A stretch of DNA of 64,000 bases from Marsupella aquatica (Eukaryota; Plantae; Marchantiophyta): positions 17,580,457 to 17,644,456 of the forward strand of contig OZ316897.1 of NCBI GenBank assembly GCA_973895155.1. Direction: 5' to 3'. The translations under genes and the position numbers were made by a program. The notes beneath the pieces are model-generated. The model made no database searches and was not told the DNA's origin. It saw only the letters and a program-made list of their open reading frames with translations. This document shows, piece by piece, positions 62,742 to 64,000 of the stretch; within the stretch, counting starts at the first letter, position 1, and each line of letters begins with the position of its first letter.

Positions 62742-63242
62742 CTATGGAGCGAAGTCGTATTCATTAAAATGTGAGCTATTTGCTCTCAAAGCTACGTCTA
62801 ATCACTGTGTAATATTTCAGAAAAACAAAGAAAACCCCATCAGGAAACCCTGAAAACGTACCTGTCAAAAGAGATAGTTTTGCTAATTCAGTATGACTAG
62901 GATAAGTAAAGCAAAATGAATAAAAACATTATCTCGGACCTAGAAATGGACAAACAAATAACATTCCGGTAAATAGGTAGAGAGAAGTGGAAGGAAATTA
63001 TCATTTAATCAAATTAAGAAACGCGAAAAGCACTGTTCCCTAAAATAGTGAATTTTTAAATTGAGGTTCAATCAGGTCACTTTGGTATTAATTGGAGGAA
63101 GCACACAACTCAAAATAAATTAAAGATGTGTGAATGCATCTAACTCAAATAGATATAAAGTAGTGGTTTTAGGGGAATACTTACAGATTTTCGTAAAAAA
63201 TTGATAAGGGTTTGAAAATCAATTTGTTTGGCATTGCAGTCT

Positions 63243-63308
63243 AAAGCCCGGATGGAGCATTCCAAGGAAAGCCCGGATGGAGCATTCCAAGGAAAGCCCG
63301 GATGGAGC
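63243..63308. repeat. 26-bp tandem repeat (x2.5)
   Basis: aaagcccggatggagcattccaagg repeated. Confidence 0.9.
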
Positions 63309-63479
63309 CCATGATCCCCATGAACTGCATAAAGCAATCGACTGCTTTACATGAATGAAAAAGAAAAAGGAACCTGCGGACCTACTTGACTACCTTTCGG
63401 AGAAAATAGTAAAGACTTCAAAACATGTTTTCTTAAAAAGGACTTTGTTGAGTGTAATGTTAAATATATGGCTTAGCTA

Positions 63480-63945
63480 GCAGTGTTGCTTGGAGAAGAA
63501 TGGAGCTTCTTTGTCTTGACGTTCCAATCTTAATTCAATTGAAGGCAAGCAAAATGCATCAATGAGATGACAAGCCTGATCAAAGACATTTGCCCCACTC
63601 CATTGGTCATTGTCATGGATTTGAGGCTGCCGCTGGAGTTAATTGTCAAGTAGTCACCATTGTCAAGTCGTCATGAACTTACGTAGCACACTTTAAAAAT
63701 GTGCATGACGTCTAGACAACTTACTTTACAGGGACATGAAAGTCGTCGACTATTGGGGACATAAAGCTTTGGGTTGATTTATCTGAAATTAACCCATTGA
63801 GAATTTGAATGAACTACATGATCTGTACCACCGAATCAATAGTAATCCCAGCAGGGGTACAACGATCAATTGCGTCACGATACTGTGCACCAAAAGTCTC
63901 CATATCTTGTACTTCAGATTCACGAACCGAGCCCAGTTGTCATGT
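63480..63945 (-). pseudogene. Three exon-like fragments of an unidentified gene, degenerate
   Basis: GT-AG bounded blocks reading ...AIDRCTPAGITIDSV | INQPKALCP..RRLSCPCK | ...LQRQPQIHDNDQWSGANVFDQACHLIDAFCLP, with stops and frameshifts. Confidence 0.35.
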
Positions 63946-63947
63946 TT

Positions 63948-64000
63948 GGAGACAAGAAATTGCCATGATTCATATTTTGAACCACCTTCAAGCTTGGAGA
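63948..64000 (-). mobile_element. Copia gag fragment, same family as 54930-54982, running off the window
   Basis: Reverse complement tctccaagcttgaaggtggttcaaaatatgaatcatggcaatttcttgtctcca is almost identical to 54930-54982. Confidence 0.8.

Overview
This is eukaryotic nuclear DNA from a land plant. The retroelement types (Copia with half-tRNA primer-binding sites) hint at a non-seed plant, but that is inference. Most of the window is nested transposable elements: a structurally complete but internally deleted Bianca-type Copia (1323-6287, 114-bp LTRs, TTTGT TSD); a decayed Copia with a half-tRNA-Met PBS (7140-~12818); two further Copia remnants; a Gypsy-like gag remnant; a probable solo LTR; an 11-kb non-autonomous CACTA (42591-53619) carrying a ~582-bp hairpin-containing satellite and intron-like cargo; and two related ~300-bp MITE families with 8-bp TSDs and unusual TIRs. 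Host-gene content: (1) a ~4.9-kb head-to-head inverted duplication (~16700-21567 / 33791-~38592) holding an intronless gene with two ABI3/LAV-like B3 domains, one copy intact and one frameshifted, with a near-identical core and diverged flanks; (2) a Ser-rich 25-aa tandem-repeat (pseudo)gene; (3) a PGG-domain pseudogene; (4) damaged or duplicated 3' exons of a WRAP73/WDR8 homologue. All alignments were done by eye and no database search was run.
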